Of a stretch of DNA of 64,000 nt, positions 1-9,811 are shown one piece after another. Numbering within the stretch: the first letter of the stretch is position 1; each line of letters begins with the position of its first letter. This DNA is from Candidatus Heimdallarchaeota archaeon. Its GTDB lineage: Archaea > Asgardarchaeota > Heimdallarchaeia > Heimdallarchaeales > Heimdallarchaeaceae. Made by a program: the position numbers and the translations under genes. The stretch is taken from assembly GCA_030603365.1 (NCBI GenBank), contig JAUVXV010000002.1, positions 1 through 64,000 of the forward strand, given 5' to 3'. The notes beneath the pieces are model-generated. The model did not search any database. It worked only from the letters and a program-made list of their open reading frames with translations, and was not told where the DNA came from.

Positions 1-100
1 CTAAAGTACCAGTAGGATAATCTGCAGTTGTCGATACAGTACTGGAAATAAGTACAAAGATAGTGAAAACACATACTAAAGTCATATTAATTTTTTTCAT
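1..100 (-). CDS. 5' end of a secreted/membrane protein (runs off window start)
   Basis: ATG at 100-98 gives MKKINMTLVCVFTIFVLISSTVSTTADYP (signal-peptide-like); AGGTGA SD-like motif just upstream. Confidence 0.6.
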   Translation of the reverse strand, partial: MKKINMTLVCVFTIFVLISSTVSTTADYPTGTL

Positions 101-192
101 TTTTTCACCTTTTTAGAAAAAACCTCCAAAGATTTTTCTACCCTCTAGTATTATGCTTGAGATAAAAACTTTATGCAAAATAGACGATTTCA

Positions 193-402
193 TCACAATA
201 TTGTAGGTTCATCAAGTAGTTTTGTTCGTTTACCTACCATGTATTTTAATGCATTGAGAACTTCATATAAAATCAGGTTTGGTGCAATCAAGTTAATCTC
301 ACCTTTAATATACTAATCACGAATTTCAACTGCAGAGTCAGACTTAATCTCATTCACAAACCATTTAATTATAACACTGGCATCAATTACTACTAGTTCC
401 AT
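193..402 (-). pseudogene. vapC: VapC/PIN toxin pseudogene
   Basis: MELVVIDASVIIKWF...AVEIRD*YIKGEINLIAPNLILYEVLNAL: PIN N-terminal motif, in-frame TAG at 313-315, truncated C-terminus. Confidence 0.75.
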
Positions 403-628
403 ATCGGTTATCTCTCCAGTTTCGAATAAATTCGGTAGAATCTCATTTTAAGGGAGCATCTTTTCTCAATTCTTCGTTTGAAAGCAAAGCTTTTGCAATG
501 TTCTTATTTTCTTCTTGGTTAATGATTCTTAGAATTACTTCTCTTAGCTCTTCACTCCAATTTATATGTGAGAGCTCTTTCATTTTTTTCTTAATCTCAC
601 CAGGTATGCGAACACTAATCGATGTCAT
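383..628 (-). pseudogene. vapB: VapB-type (RHH) antitoxin with premature TGA
   Basis: ORF 443..628 (SISVRIP...INWSEELR); the frame continues past TGA as DSTEFIRNWRD..., a typical VapB tail, and overlaps the vapC start. Confidence 0.65.
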
Positions 629-646
629 TGTATATACAATATGACA
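623..646. promoter_or_regulatory. Palindromic operator over the antitoxin start
   Basis: Perfect 14-bp palindrome ATTGTATATACAAT flanked by TGTCAT/ATGACA. Confidence 0.5.
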
Positions 647-751
647 AAGTCATACATAATTCTTTATGTGCAATGTAGTTTTAAACTTAGGGAAGTTGAT
701 TTTTCTTGTTTTGTGAGAAATACTTAAACAATCTAATTCATTCCTCTGGGT

Positions 752-1126
752 ATGTCTACCATTGAAACCTCATTCTTTAGAAAGCTAATTTATGCAGCTC
801 CTTTATTACTCATAGGTGGTGGGGTTTGGATGATTTTTGATCCTGAATAAGGAGCTGCTAAGATGGCTGTAGGAGGACTTGGTCTAATTATAGGTGGAAT
901 TATCATTTATAGAGAACTAAGAGATAAGCGTCGTGATGCTCAAAGAGCAAGCTCTTATGTTCAACCAACACCTACTTATCAAACAACTGTAGAACAACCC
1001 ACTTATCAACCAATAGCTCAAGCTCAACCAATTACAACTGAGTTTAAACCAAAATTCTGCACCTCTTGTGGAGGTAAAATAGAAGAGGGCATGACATTTT
1101 GTTCTAACTGTGGAGCTAGTATCTAG
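752..1126 (+). pseudogene. Membrane protein with C-terminal zinc ribbon, premature TAA
   Basis: ATG 752 is in frame with ORF 863..1126 through a single TAA at 848-850; FCTSCG...FCSNCG tail. Confidence 0.6.
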
Positions 1127-1181
1127 AATTTATATAAAACTTGAAATTCATTTCTTCTTTTTTCTTTGCTTATCAATATGA

Positions 1182-1925
1182 TTATCTCGTTCCTTCAGCT
1201 TTATATTTCTTCCAAAACCTTATTCCCAAAACAACAGCTGAAGCACAAAAAACTACGCTCCCAATGACAATTATACTGATTTCATAATTATTCAATGTAC
1301 TTCCTAAGTAAACAATTTCTTCAATACCAATAGTTCCAATAGGATCTCCTAAATTATATCCCTCTATATAATGTCTAAGAACAATTCCTGTATCTAAATC
1401 CACTTCCTTTAAACAAAAGCGTAAACCAGTTTCCAAATCAAATGAGGAATTCGAAAACATTGAAAATACACCATTAGATACACTTCTTTCTAATGTGTCA
1501 CGTTGCATTCCTAGACGCATGAGATTTACCCATACTCCTAAATGGTAAGATTCTCCGTTATAGACGTATTCATTGAAATGTATGTAATGTCCAAATTCAT
1601 GCACAGTTTTTTCACCATTAATTTTGTATTCACAAAAATCATCTAGTATTGATTCAGAAGTTAAGGAGCAGAGAGCCATTCCACCAGAAAAATCATCGAA
1701 TCTTTGATATGAAAAGGATTTTTTCAGAATTATCTCAAAAACATCACCACTATCGAAAATCGTATCTGTTTTATTAGAATGAACTACTTACCATCTGAAT
1801 GTTGTTCTACTCTTCATATCAGAAGAAGAAGAATACCCATCTTCTTTCGCTTGTGTAGTTGATGAACTGAACATTAATAGTAAGAGCATAATCACAAGAA
1901 CTACTCTTCTTGTACAACATGTCAC
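1182..1925 (-). pseudogene. Secreted, C-terminally anchored protein with premature TAA
   Basis: GTG 1925 plus signal peptide (RRVVLVIMLLLLMFSSSTTQA) in frame with ORF 1182..1679 through one TAA at 1788-1790; C-terminal TM and basic tail. Confidence 0.55.
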
Positions 1926-2055
1926 AGCTATAATATTCTTGCTTCTCTTTTAAATCTCTCGTCAGATTTTCCTTATAATGTTGATTCTTATTTCGTCCTA
2001 ATTATTATTCTCTATTTGAATTAACTATTACTTCAAATTGAAAGTTCTTTATTTT

Positions 2056-4146
2056 CTAATATTCATGCAATTCTTTGAGTGTCTTTATCCATTTTTTCTC
2101 AAGTTTTTTCTCTGCTTTCTTAGAAAATAATTCGATTGAATACTTGGTTACTCTAACAAATAATCTTCTCACTTCAGTATCAGGATAATTATTATGCAAA
2201 AACCTAAATTCGTTAAGTAGAACATCCATGTCATTGAATTTGTCGCTAAAAGAGAAAATTTCAATTGAATTATGTAAAACCCATGCCATCTCTTTCAGAA
2301 TTTCTTTGTTTGTTTTTTCTTCATGAAACTCGGTAATTTTAGCCATGAAACCTCCCATCTTCTCAAGATTCCCTAATGTTCCAAAGACAAGAGAAGCATT
2401 TCTGTATGCTATTGCTAAGGATGTACGAATTTCGTTTAAAGGATTTTTCTCAAATAATTCTTCTAATTCATCTACAAATTCTTGAACCTTACCTAAATTC
2501 TGGTTGATTCCATAATACTTTGCAGTTGTATAAAGTCCATGTGATAGACAGACTCTTGCTTTATCATCAGTAAACTCAATAACTATATCTCTTAATTTTT
2601 GAAGATAGTTCTCAATTTGATCATAATCTTGAGCTTTACCAAAATAAATCAATGAATTTGCCAAACCAGATACTATAAAATCAACTTTATGTTTATCTTG
2701 AATATTCAACTCATTATACGATAATAACTCATCGACTTTTTTATCTAAATTAGTAGTTGATGTGACATCATTATAGCAGTTAATAACATGATAAAGTGAT
2801 TCAACTAAACGAGTTAAAATCTGAGGTTCTTTAATTTGCTTTGTCAGCTTCTTGAAATCAGCATAATATTTTTCGGCTTTTTCTAGATTTTTAGATTTAG
2901 CGTAAGTATGAATACAAAGTTTCAAGGAAATTGCTAAACTAAACAATACTTCATCTGTCTTCTTATCTTTATAGACAGCTTCAAGCTTTGAAATTGTTTT
3001 CTCTAATCTATCAAAATCATTCTTTCGTGCAAAGTCTATCTGAGCATTCTTAAGGCTGTTAGAGTAAATTTGAGCTGTTTCTTCATTCCTTTCTTCTTCA
3101 TAAAATTGTCTCAACTCTTCGAGAGCTTCATCTAATTCTTCAAACCGATTTCGTTCTCCAAGTTTTATTATTTTATCGGGTAAATCTGCAATTTTACTTG
3201 TAACTTTACTTGTAACTTTACTTGTAATTCTACTTGTAATTCCAGTTCCTTCTATAGCTGAAAAGAAATCAATTATGTCTATACTCAAGCTAGCTAGGAA
3301 GATTGCTAAGTCTAGCTTACTTCTGAAATTTTCTCGGTAATGTATAATTACTTCACAAATTGTGTTATGAGTGCTTCGACTCAATGAATAAGTTCTTTCA
3401 TCTTGACGCATAATTCGAGTTTGAAATTGGTTCTCTAATTTTTCTAATACAAAAGAGAAGGATAGATTTTCATAATTTTCGAATGTTTTTATACATTCAG
3501 GAAAATATTTCTCATTTTTCATATTCTCGAATTCATTTTCTAAATGTTTTAGAAAGTCTGAGCATTCTTGCTTATATTTCATAGAAGAATTTGTTAAATT
3601 TGACAATGTAACTGAGTATATTTTTCTCAAGATTTCATCATCAGGAAATTGTACAACTATACAACTAAGTTCTTCTAGAATTGTTCTTGTTATAGGATAT
3701 TTACAGCTATTGTAATTTACTGGTTGTTCATCACTGTATGAAGCAGTTCTTTGAAGCGCAGCAGCATAATGACGAACGAATTTAATTTCTTTGAAACTAT
3801 TAGAAATTATATGTAAATGGGCTATGAATGCTGATAATAAGTTCCTCTTAGATTCACTGTCGTGACTCTTATCTAGAGCATTTTGAAACCCCCTCAAAAA
3901 AGCATCAGCAAAGTCTTTCGTTCTATATTTATAATAACTTCCTACTAATCCTCCTAATCTTTCCATCACTGCTTGAAGAGTAAAATGAAAATCTCCACCA
4001 AAGTCAAAATCATCATAGATATTTTCTGCATAAAAATTCACTATTTTTAACATCAGTTTTTCTTCTTTTTTTGGATCCTTTGTTCTATCAATTTGCTCAA
4101 AAATACTTTGGATATTATCTCTATTCACTTCTACCATAAATGTCAA
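2056..4146 (-). CDS. Alpha-helical (TPR-like) repeat protein
   Basis: 696 aa with recurring ~40-45-aa helical units in the C-terminal half. Confidence 0.6.
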   Translation of the reverse strand: MTFMVEVNRDNIQSIFEQIDRTKDPKKEEKLMLKIVNFYAENIYDDFDFGGDFHFTLQAVMERLGGLVGSYYKYRTKDFADAFLRGFQNALDKSHDSESKRNLLSAFIAHLHIISNSFKEIKFVRHYAAALQRTASYSDEQPVNYNSCKYPITRTILEELSCIVVQFPDDEILRKIYSVTLSNLTNSSMKYKQECSDFLKHLENEFENMKNEKYFPECIKTFENYENLSFSFVLEKLENQFQTRIMRQDERTYSLSRSTHNTICEVIIHYRENFRSKLDLAIFLASLSIDIIDFFSAIEGTGITSRITSKVTSKVTSKIADLPDKIIKLGERNRFEELDEALEELRQFYEEERNEETAQIYSNSLKNAQIDFARKNDFDRLEKTISKLEAVYKDKKTDEVLFSLAISLKLCIHTYAKSKNLEKAEKYYADFKKLTKQIKEPQILTRLVESLYHVINCYNDVTSTTNLDKKVDELLSYNELNIQDKHKVDFIVSGLANSLIYFGKAQDYDQIENYLQKLRDIVIEFTDDKARVCLSHGLYTTAKYYGINQNLGKVQEFVDELEELFEKNPLNEIRTSLAIAYRNASLVFGTLGNLEKMGGFMAKITEFHEEKTNKEILKEMAWVLHNSIEIFSFSDKFNDMDVLLNEFRFLHNNYPDTEVRRLFVRVTKYSIELFSKKAEKKLEKKWIKTLKELHEY
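3195..3242. repeat. In-frame 12-bp tandem repeat x4
   Basis: TACTTGTAA(CTT/TTC) x4, encoding ITSRITSKVTSKVTSK. Confidence 0.85.
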
Positions 4147-4208
4147 TCCAGCCTAGTACTGTGAAAACAAAAGAATAAGAAGTTAATAATATTTAAAGAT
4201 TATTCATT

Positions 4209-4592
4209 TTATTCTTCTATAATATACTGTAACTCTGAAGGTGTAACTGAATAAATTGTCGGATCATCTGACTGTTGAACATCATATTCTTCATCTAGAT
4301 CCAAATGAGCTGCTAATTCCATATACAGATTTCGTATTTTTAACGGATTAAGTTGATCCAAAGCAACTGTCAGATTAGTTCTTTTATCCATAATGTTAAG
4401 TTTACAAACATATGTTTTTCCTTCATCTAAGAATTCAGCTATCTGCTGTTTCCAGTCGTCCACTGAATTTGAAGTTTTTCTCTTATACAATTCAAGTATG
4501 AAACTTTCTGTTTCGACTAATCGTTCTCCACAAAGGTGAAGTAAATCCACCATTTTATAGATTTCCTCTCGAAATGTGTCCATCAAAATCAA
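4209..4592 (-). CDS. Hypothetical protein
   Basis: 127-aa ORF co-oriented with its neighbour. Confidence 0.55.
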   Translation of the reverse strand: MILMDTFREEIYKMVDLLHLCGERLVETESFILELYKRKTSNSVDDWKQQIAEFLDEGKTYVCKLNIMDKRTNLTVALDQLNPLKIRNLYMELAAHLDLDEEYDVQQSDDPTIYSVTPSELQYIIEE

Positions 4593-4796
4593 TCGTAATG
4601 AAGCTATAAAAATACAAAAATAATTTAATGAATTCAGGATTTATTGGATTCCGACTTTTAGTGAGAGATTTAGAATTTAATCAGTAAATACTTCACTTTT
4701 TTTTCAATCACATAGCTAATCAAGGTAAAAATAGGTATATTCAGATAAGATCTATCTCTTATAGCATGAGTACTCCCAAAAGTCTTTAATTCTCAT

Positions 4797-5012
4797 TTGG
4801 AATTGAAAAATATGACATATACATTTAAGCAATTTATTCCTTTAGTAACATTTGTTGTACCTTCGGTGATCATTTCTATTGTTCTTTTTGTATTAATGCC
4901 TCCTCACTGGTCAATGATTGTTGGTTTCGCAGTTTTACTTCTTTCAGCATGTTTAACTTATTTCATGGGAATAAGAGGAATCCTAAAAGAAAAGGAAATG
5001 GGGACGAAATAG
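4797..5012 (+). CDS. Small two-TM membrane protein
   Basis: Two hydrophobic stretches; likely start ATG 4812. Confidence 0.55.
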   Translation: MELKNMTYTFKQFIPLVTFVVPSVIISIVLFVLMPPHWSMIVGFAVLLLSACLTYFMGIRGILKEKEMGTK

Positions 5013-5205
5013 AGTTTTACTATATTTCGGCAGGTTATTGAGAAGATAGCCTGAATTTTTTCATAATTTACTAGCCTTTATGAGAATATCTGACATCAAA
5101 TCTTTGCTATTTTTTCAAGAAATTAATTTCAGGATGTACATCACATGGAACTTATACTCATTAAATAAACTTTATAGTTCAAAGAATCATTAATATAATG
5201 ATAAC

Positions 5206-5826
5206 ATGAGAAAAATTGCTATCTATGTTTTTAATGATGTTGAAGAACTGGGGCTAGATATAATCTATAACGTGTTAAAGAAAACTAAAACACTTAAGCA
5301 ACTAGGAGTTCTGCCTATAGACAACCCTTTGCAAGTAGATTTGATTGCGGAAGAAAAAATAGTTATAGGTACAAAAGACATGCGAATCACTCCTCATCTC
5401 ATTGGTTTAGATTTTACAGATTATGATATTCTCATAATCCCAGGAGGAAAAGGCATAAAAACTAGCATTCTAAATCAAGTATTTCTTGACAAGGTAAGAG
5501 AATTTGGTCAAGAAAAAATCATCTGTTCAATTGGTTTAGGTTCGGTTGCTCTTGCTTTAGCGGGACTGTTGGAAAATAAAAAAGCCACTACACACCATAA
5601 GCATTATATCAAATTACAAAAATACTGCAAAGTTGAAAACAAACGTATTGTTGTTGACGGTAACATAATTACAGCCGGAGGCATGCTTTGTGCAGTAGAT
5701 TTAGCAGAAAAAATACTTGAAATCTGTTATTCGAAAAGTATAGCAGATATTGTTCTGGAATATATAGAAGCTGAGAGAAGACGTAAAGGGATAAGGCTAG
5801 ATTTAGGAGAGATAGACGAACAATAA
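5206..5826 (+). CDS. DJ-1/PfpI family protein (nucleophile Cys absent)
   Basis: ILIIPGG, LAGLL..KKATTH, RIVVDGNIITAGG motifs. Confidence 0.85.
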   Translation: MRKIAIYVFNDVEELGLDIIYNVLKKTKTLKQLGVLPIDNPLQVDLIAEEKIVIGTKDMRITPHLIGLDFTDYDILIIPGGKGIKTSILNQVFLDKVREFGQEKIICSIGLGSVALALAGLLENKKATTHHKHYIKLQKYCKVENKRIVVDGNIITAGGMLCAVDLAEKILEICYSKSIADIVLEYIEAERRRKGIRLDLGEIDEQ

Positions 5827-5833
5827 AAAAAGA

Positions 5834-5880
5834 TTAATCAGTGAATACCTCGCTAATTTCTGATATCCATTCAGCTGATT
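5834..5880 (-). pseudogene. Orphan copy of the last 15 codons of the ABC exporter gene ending at 7996
   Basis: 39/47 nt identical to 7996..8042; SAEWISEISEVFTD* vs SAEWISEISDVFAD*. Confidence 0.85.
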
Positions 5881-5960
5881 AGAAGGGGTGAATTGCTAAA
5901 AATATAAGTAAAGGTTATAAAATTGCTTAACCTAGTGTATTATGTTTCCATAGGTGTATC

Positions 5961-7922
5961 TTGTTGAGTTCTCTAGAAAATAAACGAATTGAAGCTATTG
6001 TCCAACTATCAAATAAAGGAAAGTATAAACAAGCTTTAGAGGGTATCAACAAATTACTTGATGATAAAACTATTAGTTCTAACATGCAGATTGAACTTGT
6101 TATTCTAAAAAGCAAGATTACACTTTGGTTAGGTATTATAGACGAAAATCGTTTGGACAGAAAAGAAAGAGCATTAAACATAATTGATGAAGTAATACAT
6201 GCGGAAGAAATACAAAATAACCAAATATTAAGTTTTCAAGCTTCAGCATTAAAAGCTAAAATTCTTGTATCTCTAATCAGATGGGATGAATTCCTTGTTG
6301 AAGTAGAAAAGGTTGAGAATTTGTTTCATGGTTTTGAAAAACTAGATAATATGCAACAGAAGATTGCTCAAGCTAATCTATACCAATTAAAAGGACACAC
6401 ACCTTTTGCAAAAACTAATGCTGAAGGTATAGAATGGGATCTAGAAACAAGCATGAAATACTTAAACAATGCTCTGAAGATATATAGAGAACTGAACCAT
6501 TATGAAGAAATAGTCGACATTATCTTTGAAATTACTAATAATCTAAGTCTTGTTTCTCATCACAAAGATATATTCAACTATGCAAATGAAGGCTTAAGAG
6601 CTGCAGAACAATCTGAAAATCTATACTTAATAGCGTTCTCACTTCATCACTTATCAATGATTTATTATAGCAAGAATGATTATATCAACACTTTACATTA
6701 TTCAAAACGAAGTCTGGAAATCTATCAAAAGTTAGGTGATAAAGGAGGAGAGCTTTCCTCGAAGAACATTCTAGGTCTTTACTATTTAAAGACAGAAATG
6801 TTGGAGGAAGCAAAGAAGATTTTTCAGGAAATTTTAAACGAAGTTCCTGAAAGTATCGCAGAGCTTGTCAATCTTTCGATGGTGTATGTAATTGAAGGTA
6901 AACTGATAGAAGCTCTGAAACTGCTCAATAAAGCAAATGAACTGATGCAAGAAGAAAAGCATAAATATCTTACACCATATCCTGCATTTCATATAAGTAG
7001 AATAAAAATCATGCAAGGAGATTTGGATGAAGCTTTGATTTTCCTAAAACAATTTCTAAAATATACTCAAGACAGGAAATATAAAATCGGAATTTCCTAT
7101 ACTCTCTCTTTAATAGCTTCAGTTTACTGGCAAAAAGGAATGAATAGTGAATCCATAGAACATGCAACTAATGCTGTTGAAATCATACAAGAAACAGAAA
7201 GTAAGGAATGGATAGCTTATAGACTTTTTAATTTGATCAACTTACTCTTTGAAGATTCTCAATTTGAAAAAGCAAATATTTACTTTACACAGCTACAACA
7301 AATAAATAGTGAAATCAATCTTAAACATATTAATCACCGTATCTATTTCCTAGAAGCGCTCTTTCTTAAATCAAGTAAGAATATCCGCGATCTTCTGAAA
7401 GCTGAATTTGCTTTCGAACAACTATTAAAGGAAGATTTAGCTTACACTTTGCGAGCACAAGTCTTGCTCAATCTATCTGAACTAAATGTTGTAGGATTAG
7501 AAAATAGCTATGATGAAAATTTACTCGATAAAATAAAAAATAATGTGAAGTTACTTAAAGAATTAGCGATAAAAACTCATTCATCTTCCTTTATTGTTCA
7601 GACTTTATTACTTCAAGCAAAAATAGCAATAATTGATTTAGATTTTTCAGAAACACAGAAATTAATGTCGGAAGCTCTTATGATAGCAGAAGAAAGAGGG
7701 TTGAAGAGTTTGGAACTATTAATATTAAAAGAAAAAGAGGAATTGGTTAAAAAATCAATAAGCTTAGAGAAAGTAGAAATAAGTCAGGTTGAAACAGCTA
7801 AGATAGAAGAAATTCACAAATTGAATGAATCATTGAAAATCCTAAAAAGAGACAGTTTTATTGAACTAAAACAAACTGAAATTAAAGAATCACCATTATT
7901 TCAATTTAAGCATAATATCTAG
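5961..7922 (+). CDS. Tetratricopeptide repeat protein
   Basis: Multiple TPR-like units (e.g. LHYSKRSLEIYQKLGDKGGELSSKNILGLYY). Confidence 0.8.
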   Translation: MLSSLENKRIEAIVQLSNKGKYKQALEGINKLLDDKTISSNMQIELVILKSKITLWLGIIDENRLDRKERALNIIDEVIHAEEIQNNQILSFQASALKAKILVSLIRWDEFLVEVEKVENLFHGFEKLDNMQQKIAQANLYQLKGHTPFAKTNAEGIEWDLETSMKYLNNALKIYRELNHYEEIVDIIFEITNNLSLVSHHKDIFNYANEGLRAAEQSENLYLIAFSLHHLSMIYYSKNDYINTLHYSKRSLEIYQKLGDKGGELSSKNILGLYYLKTEMLEEAKKIFQEILNEVPESIAELVNLSMVYVIEGKLIEALKLLNKANELMQEEKHKYLTPYPAFHISRIKIMQGDLDEALIFLKQFLKYTQDRKYKIGISYTLSLIASVYWQKGMNSESIEHATNAVEIIQETESKEWIAYRLFNLINLLFEDSQFEKANIYFTQLQQINSEINLKHINHRIYFLEALFLKSSKNIRDLLKAEFAFEQLLKEDLAYTLRAQVLLNLSELNVVGLENSYDENLLDKIKNNVKLLKELAIKTHSSSFIVQTLLLQAKIAIIDLDFSETQKLMSEALMIAEERGLKSLELLILKEKEELVKKSISLEKVEISQVETAKIEEIHKLNESLKILKRDSFIELKQTEIKESPLFQFKHNI

Positions 7923-7995
7923 CAATTCAGGAAAATTATTTCAGTAAAGATATTAATAAAATTTCCTTAATCATGCATGTTCTTCAGTTATTTAA

Positions 7996-9810
7996 TCAAT
8001 CAGCAAACACGTCACTTATTTCTGATATCCACTCAGCTGATTGATGCTTGAAATAAGTCTCATAAAGTTCCGAGTATAATCCACCCTTCTCTATTAAACT
8101 GTCATGGTCTCCCTCTTCTACAATCTGACCTTGATCTAACACTATTATCCTATCAGAATTCTTGATGGTAGTTAAGCGATGAGCAATTACAATTGAGGTT
8201 CTATTAGCTAAGAGTTTATCCAAAGCTTCTTGTATCTTCCATTCTGTATAGGCATCAACGGCTGCTGTCGCTTCGTCCAGGATTAATATTTTGGGATCTG
8301 TTAGCAAAGTTCTTGCGAAAGAGATCATCTGTCTTTGTCCAGCTGAAAGACCTTTTCCTCTTTCACCTAATTCGGTATTTAATCCATCTGGAAGGGCATC
8401 AATAAATTCTTGAGCAGCAACAACGTTGATAACTTCGTTTACTTCGTCAATAGTTGCATCTAGTTTACCATATCTGATATTATCTAAAACTGTTCCACTA
8501 AAAAGAAAAACATCTTGACTTACTAAACCAATTTGAGAACGAAGATTGTACATATCATACTCACGGAGATCCACACCATCAATTTTGATTGAACCTTTGT
8601 AGATATCATAAAATCTCATTAACAGAGAAGCAATAGTAGTCTTCCCAGCGCCTGTATGACCTACTACAGCGATAGACTCACCAGTTTTGATGTCAAGATT
8701 TATGTCTTTCAGAACTTGTTCTCCAGGAACATATTGATGATGCACTTGTTCAAGAGCTATTGTTCCTTCTATTTCTCTGGTAATAGGATTTTCTGGGTTT
8801 GTTATTTCTTTCTTAGCATCTACTATACTGAAGATTCTCTCCATAGCAGCAAACCCACTTTGAATAGTGGAGAATTGTGAAGCTACTCGAACCAAAGGAT
8901 AGAGAAATCGGTTTAATAGCAACAAGAACAGAAGAATAACAGATGGTGATGCAAGGTTTCCAAAAATCAATGCACTCCCGTATAATGTTATTCCAAATAC
9001 GCCTATAACACTAATCCCATCCATTAGTGGCCACACACCCATAACTGCGAATGCTCTCTTCTTCGCATAGTAAAATGTAGCGTGATTGATTACTGTAAAT
9101 TCTTCCTTAGATTTTGCTTCTCTCCCAAAAGCTTTTGCAACTGAAATTCCTGAAACACTTTCTTGGAATGAAGCATTCACTTCGCCTATTGCAGCTCTCC
9201 AATCTCCTGTTGTCAACCTAGTAATTCTTCTGAAAAGGAATGCAACTACAAATACAAAAGGAGCCATAGCTAGTGTTATGAATGTCAATCTCCAATTTAC
9301 AATGAACATCCAAACAAGAACAGTTACTAACATAAAAAGATTAGATATAAATTGAGTTACTATATTAAGCATATCGGCTAATTCTTGGGAATCATTTGTC
9401 ACTCTGCTCATTATTCTTCCCGTTGCGTTAGTATCAAAGAACATCATATCATGTTCTTGTAGACTTATGTAAGTTTCAATTTGAATCTGTTTAATGACTT
9501 TTTGAGTAACAATAGTTACCATAATCCCTAAAACAACTTGGATAACCCAGAGGAATAAAGACAATAACAAATACCATAATGCAAATGGTAAGACTGCTAT
9601 CCACCCTTCTCCAGCATCTAGTGCATCAAAAGCATTTTGAACCATTGTAGGTGGAAAAATAGTCACAACTGCTGAAGCTAGGATACCTATTACTATACCT
9701 ACTAACATTAGTACATAAGGGGTCAGATATTTGAAGAATCGACTCAATAAGACGATGTCTGAATACTTCCTATCATACGCTTCAGTTGTTCCAGTAGTTC
9801 TTCTCATCAT
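7996..9810 (-). CDS. Heterodimeric ABC exporter subunit (TMD+NBD)
   Basis: GHTGAGKT, degenerate signature LSAGQ, ILDEATA, IAHR; probable start ATG 9810, abutting the partner's stop. Confidence 0.92.
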   Translation of the reverse strand: MMRRTTGTTEAYDRKYSDIVLLSRFFKYLTPYVLMLVGIVIGILASAVVTIFPPTMVQNAFDALDAGEGWIAVLPFALWYLLLSLFLWVIQVVLGIMVTIVTQKVIKQIQIETYISLQEHDMMFFDTNATGRIMSRVTNDSQELADMLNIVTQFISNLFMLVTVLVWMFIVNWRLTFITLAMAPFVFVVAFLFRRITRLTTGDWRAAIGEVNASFQESVSGISVAKAFGREAKSKEEFTVINHATFYYAKKRAFAVMGVWPLMDGISVIGVFGITLYGSALIFGNLASPSVILLFLLLLNRFLYPLVRVASQFSTIQSGFAAMERIFSIVDAKKEITNPENPITREIEGTIALEQVHHQYVPGEQVLKDINLDIKTGESIAVVGHTGAGKTTIASLLMRFYDIYKGSIKIDGVDLREYDMYNLRSQIGLVSQDVFLFSGTVLDNIRYGKLDATIDEVNEVINVVAAQEFIDALPDGLNTELGERGKGLSAGQRQMISFARTLLTDPKILILDEATAAVDAYTEWKIQEALDKLLANRTSIVIAHRLTTIKNSDRIIVLDQGQIVEEGDHDSLIEKGGLYSELYETYFKHQSAEWISEISDVFAD

Positions 9811-9811
9811 T

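Noticed and set aside
623-650. ATGACAAA near vapB as a third copy of the tnpB element end
   Set aside because: Only an 8-nt match, explained by the TA operator palindrome; none of the other conserved end sequence is present.
193-1925. Alternative genetic code, Sec or Pyl readthrough explaining the in-frame stops
   Set aside because: All three stop types occur as interruptions, and all three terminate intact genes elsewhere in the window; pseudogenisation is simpler.
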